A stretch of 40,220 bases of DNA. It comes from Promethearchaeota archaeon. GTDB taxonomy: Archaea; Asgardarchaeota; Lokiarchaeia; Sigyniarchaeales; SOKP01. A program made the translations under genes and the position numbers. The notes beneath the pieces were generated by a model that saw only the letters and a list, made by a program, of their open reading frames with translations, made no database searches and was not told the origin of the DNA. Positions within the stretch are counted from its first letter, which is position 1, and the number at the start of each line of letters is the position of its first letter. This document shows positions 9,671-18,618 of the stretch, one piece after another. The stretch spans positions 1 through 40,220 of the forward strand of contig JBHLME010000030.1 in assembly GCA_048938445.1 (NCBI GenBank). The letters run 5' to 3'.

Positions 9671-10345
9671 ATGTTATATATATCTGATTATGATATCTTC
9701 GTTGCACCGTTAAGAAGTATGATAATCACCTTACAATTAATTGTATCTATAAGTTCGATTTTTATTGCCTTTATATCTGGTTATTATATAAAAAAAAAGA
9801 ACCCAAATATTAAGAGATCATATTTATTTGGAATTCCAGTGTTCTTTTTATTTTTTGGGATAATGCGATGTATTTTAATCTTTCATGATTTCTACGCTTC
9901 AGATGATATTAGCATGCCTCTTTATCTAATAGCGAATATATTCCTTATAATGGCCTTTATTTCATTCAATTATACCATAGAATCTAACATTTATACAAAA
10001 TCTAAATATATATTCACAATAATAGGAATAATACTTTTAATTCTTTTTATAATTTCCACTCTTGCTTCATGGACATTATTTCGAAGGATTTTAATCAATA
10101 TAATAATCATAGTCCAAATTCTTCCTCCATTTACTATTTACTTTAATGTTGCGTGGAAGGGATCAGGAGTATCTAAAAAACGAGCAGAATTTATTATTAT
10201 AGGAATTATATTTCTCTATTTATCCTCTATATTAGGTATATTAGATTTATTAAATTTATTAGATCTTATCTCAACAACTTTTTTAGCACAACCATTATTA
10301 TTAATTGGATTGGTTTCACTTGGTTATGGACTTATTATAGTATAA
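9671..10345 (+). CDS. Integral membrane protein (about 7 TM), unknown function
   Basis: Seven hydrophobic stretches with short loops; no catalytic motif. Confidence 0.75.
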   Translation: MLYISDYDIFVAPLRSMIITLQLIVSISSIFIAFISGYYIKKKNPNIKRSYLFGIPVFFLFFGIMRCILIFHDFYASDDISMPLYLIANIFLIMAFISFNYTIESNIYTKSKYIFTIIGIILLILFIISTLASWTLFRRILINIIIIVQILPPFTIYFNVAWKGSGVSKKRAEFIIIGIIFLYLSSILGILDLLNLLDLISTTFLAQPLLLIGLVSLGYGLIIV

Positions 10346-10521
10346 ATAAAATAGGATGTGAAACAGAGAATAATCAATTTCATCAAACTGAGTAGATAAG
10401 AAATAGAGTTTCTTTAATAATTTAATATTCTTATTGAATTTTCTTAAAAAGTTTCCATTTTTAAAAGGTTAAATATCATCCTATCTTTATATTTTTTATA
10501 TAATTTTAGTGGATAATAAAA

Positions 10522-11799
10522 ATGATTACAAAATATAGATCTGATTTTTTTTATGCTGAAATCGAGAATAAATTGACTTCTAAATCTTTCTTATCACTGA
10601 GTTTAGTTTCTGTATTAATGAATTTATTTTTTATTCAAGCCATGCGAGCATATATTCCTGGGGTATATGTTGCCTTATCCCACGTGGTGTTTGGTGAAAA
10701 TATTATACAAAATTTACTCATACTTTTAACACTCGCATTTTTCTTTTTACCAGGATTAACAATTGTTATTTGTAAAAGAATAAAAAAACAAAGTTTAATG
10801 ATTGCATCTATCTATTTTATAGCAATTTTAAGACTCTTTTTGGCCTTTAATTTACCTTCTTTATGGAATGCAATATTTTCAGGATTAATTATTACATTTT
10901 ATGGATTCTATATAAGTACATTCCTCACGCTTTGGATAAAAGAAGATAATGGCATTCAAACGAGTCATAAATTAATAATTTTTTTCGTTTCCTTTTCCTG
11001 TGCTTTTCTTATTGATTATTTTATTAGGACCATTGGTTTTTCAGAAGATATTTCTTTATTGGTATCTGGATTGGTTATTGATTGGCAAATCTCTCAATAT
11101 TTTTGGCTAATTTTTCAAATTCCTTTATCTTTTTTATGTATTTATATTACTTATCAACATTTTCCAAGATTCTCTGAAATAAAGGATGATTTAAAAGTAG
11201 AGAAGGGTGCTGTAATGAAATCTTATTATTCATTAATTTTTATTGGAATAGGAATGTTTTTATTTCTCCAATTTTCCTTATTCCTTTATCCAAATGTAAT
11301 TGCTCAATATACCTCAACTAACTACTTCTTTAATAATATCATGAATATTATTGCTTTAATGGTAGTTATATGCGTGATAATATATGTTAAAGTTGAATTG
11401 ATATCAAATATTATAATCATAAGTATATTAAACGGCATTCTAATTCTTTCAATGATTCTTTTTCTATTTCTTGGAAAACTTTTAACAGTAATTGCAAGCA
11501 TTTTTATTTCAATAGCTTTAATCGTAATGTACTTGGATATTTATCTCCTAATTATCTTAATGACTAAAATAAACTTTAAATGGGTGAGAGTTAAATCGAT
11601 ATCTAACATCATCACCATCAGCTTCTTGTTTTATGTAATATTCGTCATTTTTCATATTTTTACTACTGATTGGTCATTTACAGTTGAAGCATTTCATAAT
11701 CAGGGACCTTTAATATTATTTTTAGCAGGAATATTGTTTTCTTGTTCATCTTTAACATCAATAATAATTACAAATAAAAAAGAGGCAAAAGAAAGATGA
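10522..11799 (+). CDS. Polytopic membrane protein (about 12 TM), possible PGAP2IP/Cwh43 TM-region homologue
   Basis: Highly hydrophobic; ATGA overlap with the downstream EEP gene; FHIFTTDWSF motif near the C-terminus. Confidence 0.7.
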   Translation: MITKYRSDFFYAEIENKLTSKSFLSLSLVSVLMNLFFIQAMRAYIPGVYVALSHVVFGENIIQNLLILLTLAFFFLPGLTIVICKRIKKQSLMIASIYFIAILRLFLAFNLPSLWNAIFSGLIITFYGFYISTFLTLWIKEDNGIQTSHKLIIFFVSFSCAFLIDYFIRTIGFSEDISLLVSGLVIDWQISQYFWLIFQIPLSFLCIYITYQHFPRFSEIKDDLKVEKGAVMKSYYSLIFIGIGMFLFLQFSLFLYPNVIAQYTSTNYFFNNIMNIIALMVVICVIIYVKVELISNIIIISILNGILILSMILFLFLGKLLTVIASIFISIALIVMYLDIYLLIILMTKINFKWVRVKSISNIITISFLFYVIFVIFHIFTTDWSFTVEAFHNQGPLILFLAGILFSCSSLTSIIITNKKEAKER

Positions 11800-12653
11800 A
11801 TAAAAAGTCTAAAAGCATAATTGTAATTATTTTATTTTTTACGCCTCTAATTTCTTCTGTTGTAATGTTTGGTATTAGTGAGTTTCCTAAAACAGCACCT
11901 ATAAAATCTGAAATTAAATTCATGACTTATAACATTCACTTTGGTCAAGGAATGGATGATTTACTCAATTTAGAACGTATTGCTCAAAATATTTTATATA
12001 TAGATCCGGATATCTTAGGTCTTCAAGAAGTAGAAAATGGTAGAATTACTTCTCAAGGAGTAGATATGGCACTGTGGCTAGCAAAAAGGCTAAATATGAA
12101 TTACTTTTATTTTCCTGCAGTCAATGAGCATGCTTTCGGATGCGCCCTTTTGAGCAAGTTTCCAATAAAGAGCGCTAAAGGTACCCCAATTCCATCCATT
12201 CTATTAGAAAGGGTTTTGATACATGGTGTTATTAGTATAAATTCAACTCTAGATATTGATGTTTTTGTAACTCATCTCGGAATTAGGGAAGAAAATAATT
12301 CTGCTCAAGTTGATTATGTGCTTGATCGAATTGCTGCGCAACCTTTAACTAAACCAAAAGTTCTCATGGGTGATTTTAATTTAAATTACTCTATAGAGGA
12401 AATACAGAGAATTTCAAATAATACACTCATTAACATGACAGATACCCAAACATCTTATTATGAAACTGGTGATTACACATATCCTAGTTATCCTTTGGAT
12501 GCTATTAATGAAGGAGTAATTGATTACATATTCGCTACAAACTGCACGGTCATAGATGGTGATATTGTCGAAAGTTTCATCAATGGTAGTGATACTGCTG
12601 CTGAATTTGGTTCTGATCACAGACCAGTTTGGTCAATATTGAGATTTACTTGA
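11796..12653 (+). CDS. Membrane-anchored endonuclease/exonuclease/phosphatase (EEP) protein, Cwh43/PGAP2IP C-terminal-domain-like
   Basis: N-terminal TM anchor; MTYNIHFG, GLQEV, GCALLSKFPI, THLG, MGDFN, IDYIF, SDHRPV. Confidence 0.88.
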   Translation: MNKKSKSIIVIILFFTPLISSVVMFGISEFPKTAPIKSEIKFMTYNIHFGQGMDDLLNLERIAQNILYIDPDILGLQEVENGRITSQGVDMALWLAKRLNMNYFYFPAVNEHAFGCALLSKFPIKSAKGTPIPSILLERVLIHGVISINSTLDIDVFVTHLGIREENNSAQVDYVLDRIAAQPLTKPKVLMGDFNLNYSIEEIQRISNNTLINMTDTQTSYYETGDYTYPSYPLDAINEGVIDYIFATNCTVIDGDIVESFINGSDTAAEFGSDHRPVWSILRFT

Positions 12654-12788
12654 ATTATCAAGAATTTTAATTCTGCTTCAATAAAGGCCATTTATTTTCG
12701 AGATATCTTCACCGTTCCTCTTAACTTATTTATTGAATATTTTGTATTCACTCTCACTTTACTTTAAAAATTATAAGGATAGAAATTA

Positions 12789-13703
12789 TTACAAACCCCG
12801 AAGATAGTCAGGTCGACGTAAGCTGGGATTTTGGATGCCAGCTTCAATAATTTTTAAAAATCTCTTTTTATCTCTTGCTAATTCTCCTTTCAAACCTAAA
12901 TAATTAGATGCATGATTTGAATTAAATATACACTTTTGCAAATCATCAGAAGTGTATTCAATCATTGTATATAATTCTTCTAAAATTTGAGTGCTAGAAC
13001 TTGGTTTGAATTCACCTGATTTTTTTTGCTCCCAATACTCTGTTCCAGGTGTTACACGCAACGTCAATGGTGATATATACCAATTAATTGGAGTTGGTGG
13101 TGCCATTCTATTAATCAATTTTGCAGATTCAATTGCGTGTTTTCTGCTTTTTTCAGGATCGTTTCCCGCGAGTCCTAATAAAAAAATTCCCGACCATGCG
13201 ATTCCAGCTTTATGACATTTTTGAGCTGCAAGAGTAATTTCATCTTGCGTGGTTCCCTTCTTACAAGCATTTAAAATATCATTATCTCCACTTTCAATGC
13301 CAACATAAACCATCGTGAATCCGCAATCTGCGAGCTCTTTTAAATCTTCATCTGATTTGCTAATAATGTCTTTGGCATGAGCATAGGCACTCACTTTTTT
13401 AAGATTTGGATGAATTACATAACTATATTTGGTTAGCTCAGAAAGAACCTCAGGTTTAACAACAAATGCATTTCCATCTTCAAAAAAGATTTTATGGATT
13501 TGATCTCCATAAAAATCATATGCTCTTTTAATATCTTTCTTGATTTCTTCGATATCTTTACGAATAGAAAAGGTTTTGGATCTATACATGGCACAGAATG
13601 TACACCTACGGGTGCATCCAGTTGTTACTGAAATCAATAAAGCATTCCATTCTGAGGGAGGTCTAAATACAGGATCGACCAAATTTCCAACTACGTAATT
13701 CAT
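12789..13703 (-). CDS. Radical SAM protein of unknown substrate
   Basis: FRPPSE...TTGCTRRCTFCAMY (CxxxCxxC), FFEDGNAF, YVGIESG, SNHASNYL. Confidence 0.85.
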   Translation of the reverse strand: MNYVVGNLVDPVFRPPSEWNALLISVTTGCTRRCTFCAMYRSKTFSIRKDIEEIKKDIKRAYDFYGDQIHKIFFEDGNAFVVKPEVLSELTKYSYVIHPNLKKVSAYAHAKDIISKSDEDLKELADCGFTMVYVGIESGDNDILNACKKGTTQDEITLAAQKCHKAGIAWSGIFLLGLAGNDPEKSRKHAIESAKLINRMAPPTPINWYISPLTLRVTPGTEYWEQKKSGEFKPSSSTQILEELYTMIEYTSDDLQKCIFNSNHASNYLGLKGELARDKKRFLKIIEAGIQNPSLRRPDYLRGL

Positions 13704-13857
13704 AATTTTTTCAATTTAAAGTACAATTTGTTAAACTTTAACTTTTTCATTTAATATTATAAAAATTTCTTGAGGATAATATGGAGTTCTGATTCTATTA
13801 ATTTTAAACAATATTTCAAGAATTAATTGAAGAATAAGAGTGATATAATTGATAATA

Positions 13858-14922
13858 TTAATAAATCTTAGGATTATTTATTCCTAAATATTTAGCAATT
13901 ACATCAAATATTTCTTCTTTTTCTCCTATATATCCAAATAACTCGTGCTTAGCTGTACTTCTTGAACCATTTTTCCAAGTAGTAAAAGAGTTGAGTTGAA
14001 GTTCAATTTCTCCAAAACTCACTATAGATGGACTAGATGATTCATCATTATAAGATTGAATTACGCCTCTCTCAGAGTCGTGTCTATCTCTTGCTACATC
14101 GAAGCATTGATCCTGATTCTTAGGGATGTCATCTGATAATTTTATTAAAAATCCATATTTATCAGAATTAGGAATTTTTAAAAAATATCCGATTTTTGCT
14201 GATCTATTGAAATCAATATCTTCTGGTCTTACTGCCAATTTATAAATATCTGCAGCATCTATTTTAAAAGCGATGTAGTTTTCTCCAATCTCCCTTCTAT
14301 CGTCTGGAATTATCCGAAAATATGAAAGCAGTTTAGGATTTGTTTTTGTAGGGATTAATACTGTCCCTGGACTATTTGCACCTCCTGTTATACATTGAGC
14401 AAGAGACCAACCATTCATTTCAATATTTTGTACATCAACAATACAATCTTCAATGATTTCAATACCAATATAGTTTAAACCAATATTAATTGGCTCATTT
14501 ATTAATCTTATTTTCCGTGTTATTTCTCCATTATATCTCTCTTTATTAAATTGGTTTATTAAAGAAATTTTACTAGCTAAAATGCATTCATTTTGAGAAC
14601 TTTTAGTTATTACATAATTTGCTGGATCAATCCCATTTGGGCAAAACCACTCCTTAAAATTCTCAGGGTCTTTATAAAAATAAGTTCTTTCAGGACTTAT
14701 CCAATATCGCTCACCACCAATAAGAAAATCTTTAGATTCAATTGAGGATTTAATAGATGGATTGATCCATAATAAACTATATTCGTTTATTAAAGGGAAA
14801 AGGCCTAAAACACGTCCACCATATTCAGATATAATGATCGACCCCTCATCATGATTAAGTTCGACAAGGTTTGTAAGATTACAGATCTCACTTTTCAAGT
14901 CTTTAAATGTAAAATAATTCAT
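13858..14922 (-). CDS. Hypothetical beta-rich protein (DUF6786/DUF4380-like, possibly a mutarotase-type sandwich)
   Basis: YGGRVLGLF, LLWINP, GGERYWISPE, FGEIELQ motifs; family assignment from memory and tentative. Confidence 0.5.
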   Translation of the reverse strand: MNYFTFKDLKSEICNLTNLVELNHDEGSIIISEYGGRVLGLFPLINEYSLLWINPSIKSSIESKDFLIGGERYWISPERTYFYKDPENFKEWFCPNGIDPANYVITKSSQNECILASKISLINQFNKERYNGEITRKIRLINEPINIGLNYIGIEIIEDCIVDVQNIEMNGWSLAQCITGGANSPGTVLIPTKTNPKLLSYFRIIPDDRREIGENYIAFKIDAADIYKLAVRPEDIDFNRSAKIGYFLKIPNSDKYGFLIKLSDDIPKNQDQCFDVARDRHDSERGVIQSYNDESSSPSIVSFGEIELQLNSFTTWKNGSRSTAKHELFGYIGEKEEIFDVIAKYLGINNPKIY

Positions 14923-15062
14923 CTCTAATCATCCAATCAGAAATAGTAGATTTTATCACACTCTAATTATTTTTTTCATTTAAATCTTTTTAAAGATTAA
15001 ACTGAAAATATCTTCAATAATTTAGCTTTCATTAATATATTTGAATGATAATTATTAAGAAA

Positions 15063-15878
15063 TTATCGTGAATTTTGCTTGTAGATTTCTTTTAAATTTT
15101 TTAATTGAGATTGCAATCTTAATTCAGAGATTTTTCGATCGTTAACATCTCTCACAATTATTATACCTTTTATATTTCCTTTTTCATCAAGATAAGATTT
15201 TCCCCTTATCTCACCCCAAATATAATTTCCATCTTTCTTTAAAATTCTTGCTTCTATCTTACCCTTTCCACTTTTGAATATGTTTTTTATTTCCTTTATA
15301 GTATTTTTAAAATCTTCTGGATGAATTAAGTCTATAGCGTCCATTTTATTTAATTCATCAAGTGAAAATCCCAATATTTCATTGAATATATGGTTTCTAT
15401 AGAGAATATTTAATTCCGGATTAATTATTGCTATCATGTCATGAGCATTTTCAGTTATTAATCTGTATCTTTCCTCAGATTCTCTTAATTTCTGTTCAGC
15501 ATTCTTTTTTTCTGTGGTGTCTCTTAATATTAATAGTGCTTTTTCATTTCCAGCTTCATCTGTAAATATTCTTCCTTTAATTTCAAACCAAAAATAATTC
15601 CCATTTTTATGTCTAATCCTAACCTCTTCCATAGCTTCACCTTCGTTAAAACCTCTTCCTAATCCTTTTATGGCTATTTGTAAGTCATCGGGATGTACAA
15701 AATCTGCGGGAATTTTTCCAATTACATCATTAACTTCATATTTTAACACTCTTAAAGAGGATTGATTGACATATTCAATATTAAATTTTTTATCAAGAAC
15801 AGCTATGATATCATTAGCATTTTCAATAATTAATTTATAAATATCTTTAGAAGGTTTAAAATTCAAATTACTCAACAC
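15063..15878 (-). CDS. Tandem PAS-PAC domain protein without an output domain
   Basis: Two repeats of ENAxDxIA...(V/I)HPxD...RIxxKxGNYxWxExxG...RDxxxxK; GTG start preceded by AGGAAAG. Confidence 0.88.
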   Translation of the reverse strand: MLSNLNFKPSKDIYKLIIENANDIIAVLDKKFNIEYVNQSSLRVLKYEVNDVIGKIPADFVHPDDLQIAIKGLGRGFNEGEAMEEVRIRHKNGNYFWFEIKGRIFTDEAGNEKALLILRDTTEKKNAEQKLRESEERYRLITENAHDMIAIINPELNILYRNHIFNEILGFSLDELNKMDAIDLIHPEDFKNTIKEIKNIFKSGKGKIEARILKKDGNYIWGEIRGKSYLDEKGNIKGIIIVRDVNDRKISELRLQSQLKNLKEIYKQNSR

Positions 15879-16181
15879 CTTTCCTGTAGATTATGAGATC
15901 CTAATTTATATAATTTACTAAGATTTACATTTTATAAATGTATTAATATTATTGTTTTATCGTTATTATAACACGAAATCATCCTAAAAAAATATCAATA
16001 AGCAAAATGATCTTAGTTTGGTTATTGATGGGTTATTCTATTAATATCTATTGAGATTTTCTCCAGTGGAAAATCATAAAGATGAGTTCAAGGTATTTAA
16101 ACAAAATGATTCTTGTTGATCCATAAAGGATTTTCACTGTAAATCAGATGAGATATTTTCCTTTCTATTAGTAGATGTAAT

Positions 16182-16805
16182 CTATTCGATTATTTTATCT
16201 TGAATTATCCTTTTTAATTCCTTAATATTTATTTTTTTTAACGCAGAGAATTCTAAATATGGCGTGTAATTCTCTGGTACTTGAGCATTTAAAGCACTTA
16301 CATTTAGTCCGAATTCTTTTGCAGAATCAACGAATATTTGAATTGCTTTCTTTTTATCAAATTGTGAAAGTTTATCAATCTTATTGAAAACAATTAAAAG
16401 GGGAATGTTAAATTCTCTTAAGAAATTAATTAATTCAAAACTAAGAGGGATGGTCTCTTTATTTTGAATGAAATATTTATTGATTTCATCCTCGATTCTT
16501 AAAATATTGATCACGACTAAACCAAAAAAAAATTCAACATGATGCTTCTCAATATGTAATACAATCTGTTTCTTAACATGTTCTTCTCGTCGACGACTAG
16601 ATGATTTCATGTATCCAAAACCGGGCAAATCTATAATTTTATATGGTAAATCTGGTTGTTCGATTGACTTTATTAAAAGAGTGCTGCCTGGTGTTTTACC
16701 AGTTTTACCTTTAAATTGTTTTGGATTAGGAAGTAGGAGTCGAGTAATTGAACTTTTACCTACGTTAGAGTTTCCTATTATTAAGAGAGAGGGTTTTTCT
16801 TTCAT
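16182..16805 (-). CDS. engB: EngB/YihA-family GTP-binding protein
   Basis: G1 GNSNVGKS, G2 PGST, G3 DLPGFG, G4 NKID, G5 FSA. Confidence 0.85.
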   Translation of the reverse strand: MKEKPSLLIIGNSNVGKSSITRLLLPNPKQFKGKTGKTPGSTLLIKSIEQPDLPYKIIDLPGFGYMKSSSRRREEHVKKQIVLHIEKHHVEFFFGLVVINILRIEDEINKYFIQNKETIPLSFELINFLREFNIPLLIVFNKIDKLSQFDKKKAIQIFVDSAKEFGLNVSALNAQVPENYTPYLEFSALKKINIKELKRIIQDKIIE

Positions 16806-16829
16806 TTTTTTAAAGATATCCTTATTATA

Positions 16830-17687
16830 TTATATGTCTAGAAAATCATCCTTCAAAAAATCAGAGAACATTTGTTTTTTTTCCTCTTCTGGAATAACAG
16901 GTCTGTTACTTATAGGTACTCCTGCTTCTTCCATTAAGTTCTTTAGGTTATCAACATTAATGTTTATTTTAAACGTTCCACCTCTCAAATATCGTACGAT
17001 TTGTTTATTATTCATATTCAATCGTAGAAGATATCCAAGTCCAAAATAGAACTGATGCTCGGGGATAGGATCAATAGGACTCTTACTAGTAACCTCCTTT
17101 AACATATCATATAGTAATACTTTTGAAGCAGTATGATCTTCTACTTCGAATGCTATATACCACAACGCATGATACCATATTTTATCCCTTTTATTTTTTA
17201 AGTATTCTAAGAATTTTTCTGGAGTAATAACCTCTTCTTCCTCTTCCTCGATTTTCTTTGACAATTCTTCTCTAATTCTTGCTTCAAGATCATCATGTAT
17301 TAATTGGTCTGGTTTGACTTCACCATCTTGTAAAGGTTCAATCTCTTGTTTCACGCCATTAATTGCTTCTTTCATGTCTTTTAGTTCATCAAGATCAATG
17401 TCATCAAGATCAGAAAAGTCTTCGAACATGGTCTCTCTTTGTACTATTGCATCCCTAATTTCTACTGAAGGCATCTGTTGTTCATTAAGCTCTTCTATTT
17501 CATCTAATTCATCTGGTGTTTCAAATTGCTTTACTTTATCAATAGCATCTTGCATCTCTTGAATTTCTTCCATGTCTAAATCTTCTAAATCAGAAAAATC
17601 CACCTTGAGATGTTCCATTTCGTTAATATAAACTTGCAAATCATCATCTTCTTGAGTATTTTCTTCATTCTCGTGACTTTCGTTCAT
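16830..17687 (-). CDS. Hypothetical protein with an acidic repeat-containing N-terminal half and a compact C-terminal domain (possibly winged-helix-like)
   Basis: Very D/E-rich N-terminal half; KIWYHALWY...FYFGLGYLLRL...GGTFKIN C-terminal domain. Confidence 0.7.
   Translation of the reverse strand: MNESHENEENTQEDDDLQVYINEMEHLKVDFSDLEDLDMEEIQEMQDAIDKVKQFETPDELDEIEELNEQQMPSVEIRDAIVQRETMFEDFSDLDDIDLDELKDMKEAINGVKQEIEPLQDGEVKPDQLIHDDLEARIREELSKKIEEEEEEVITPEKFLEYLKNKRDKIWYHALWYIAFEVEDHTASKVLLYDMLKEVTSKSPIDPIPEHQFYFGLGYLLRLNMNNKQIVRYLRGGTFKININVDNLKNLMEEAGVPISNRPVIPEEEKKQMFSDFLKDDFLDI
17346..17600 (-). repeat. Two-copy 25-aa intragenic repeat, 60-aa period
   Basis: DFSDLEDLDMEEIQEMQDAIDKVKQ (17600-17526) and DFSDLDDIDLDELKDMKEAINGVKQ (17420-17346). 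Confidence 0.85.
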
Positions 17688-17842
17688 GGTCTAATCATTA
17701 GAATAATATAAATTCCAACTTATTAATTTTAATTAATTTAATTAAATAACATATTTAATTAAAATCCAGCTATTACCTCTTAAAAAGATTTTTTATTTAA
17801 TTCGTAGAATTAAAATTAATTTAAACATTTATTCAATATAAC

Positions 17843-18553
17843 ATGGAAACAATTGATCTAAGTAAAATTAAAGGAGTTGTATTCGATTTAGACGGTGTAA
17901 TTTATGACGTTGGACCTTCTATTAAAAAAGCTGTAGAAGATGGCATTGAAAAATACAATATAAAAGTTGACGTTGAGACCGTCTTGCAAGAAATTGCCCA
18001 TCTAATAGAGGACTTACAAAATTATCCCTTACCACAAATAATCTTAAACTCCTATGATTTATTGAAAAAAGCAACGTTCTTAGAGGGATTATCTTATTTT
18101 AAAAAAATGCGCATAGCGGTTTTTTTATTCAATCAATTTAATAAATATAAAGAAGATGCTACTGCCTTTGAAGGAATAGATGGTATTCTTTCTAAATTAT
18201 CTAAAAAGGTAAAACTAGCCATTCTAACTAATAATAAAAGTACTTATGCAGAAGAAATTTTAAAGAAGTTTAATCTCTATAAAAATTTTAATTTAATTAT
18301 AGGATTTAATGATGTTACAGAAAATAAACCTAGCCCGGAAGGTATATTAAAAATCATGGATAAATGGCGGATGAAAAATGATAACATTGTATTCATTGGA
18401 GACATGACCTCAGATGTGTTAGCTGGTAAAGCAGCTAATGTTACAACAATAGCAATAGCAACAGGTCTTGCTAAAAAGGAGTCTTTATTTGAAAATGATC
18501 CTGATTTCTTAATTGATCATCCTTTGGAATTAAAAAAACTTTTTAATCTTTGA
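17843..18553 (+). CDS. HAD-superfamily hydrolase (phosphoglycolate phosphatase-like)
   Basis: FDLDG motif I, LTNN motif II, KPSPEG motif III, IGDMTSD motif IV. Confidence 0.9.
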   Translation: METIDLSKIKGVVFDLDGVIYDVGPSIKKAVEDGIEKYNIKVDVETVLQEIAHLIEDLQNYPLPQIILNSYDLLKKATFLEGLSYFKKMRIAVFLFNQFNKYKEDATAFEGIDGILSKLSKKVKLAILTNNKSTYAEEILKKFNLYKNFNLIIGFNDVTENKPSPEGILKIMDKWRMKNDNIVFIGDMTSDVLAGKAANVTTIAIATGLAKKESLFENDPDFLIDHPLELKKLFNL

Positions 18554-18618
18554 ATATGATTTTTTAGAACTTTAAGTTATATCTTGAAAATAAAAAATAA
18601 GAATAAGAATAAAAAAGG

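Noticed and set aside
16007-16126. Small + strand ORF with an in-frame TGA overlapping the SECIS-like hairpin (MILVWLLMGYSINIY*DFLQ...)
   Set aside because: No redox motif or resemblance to known selenoproteins; expected by chance
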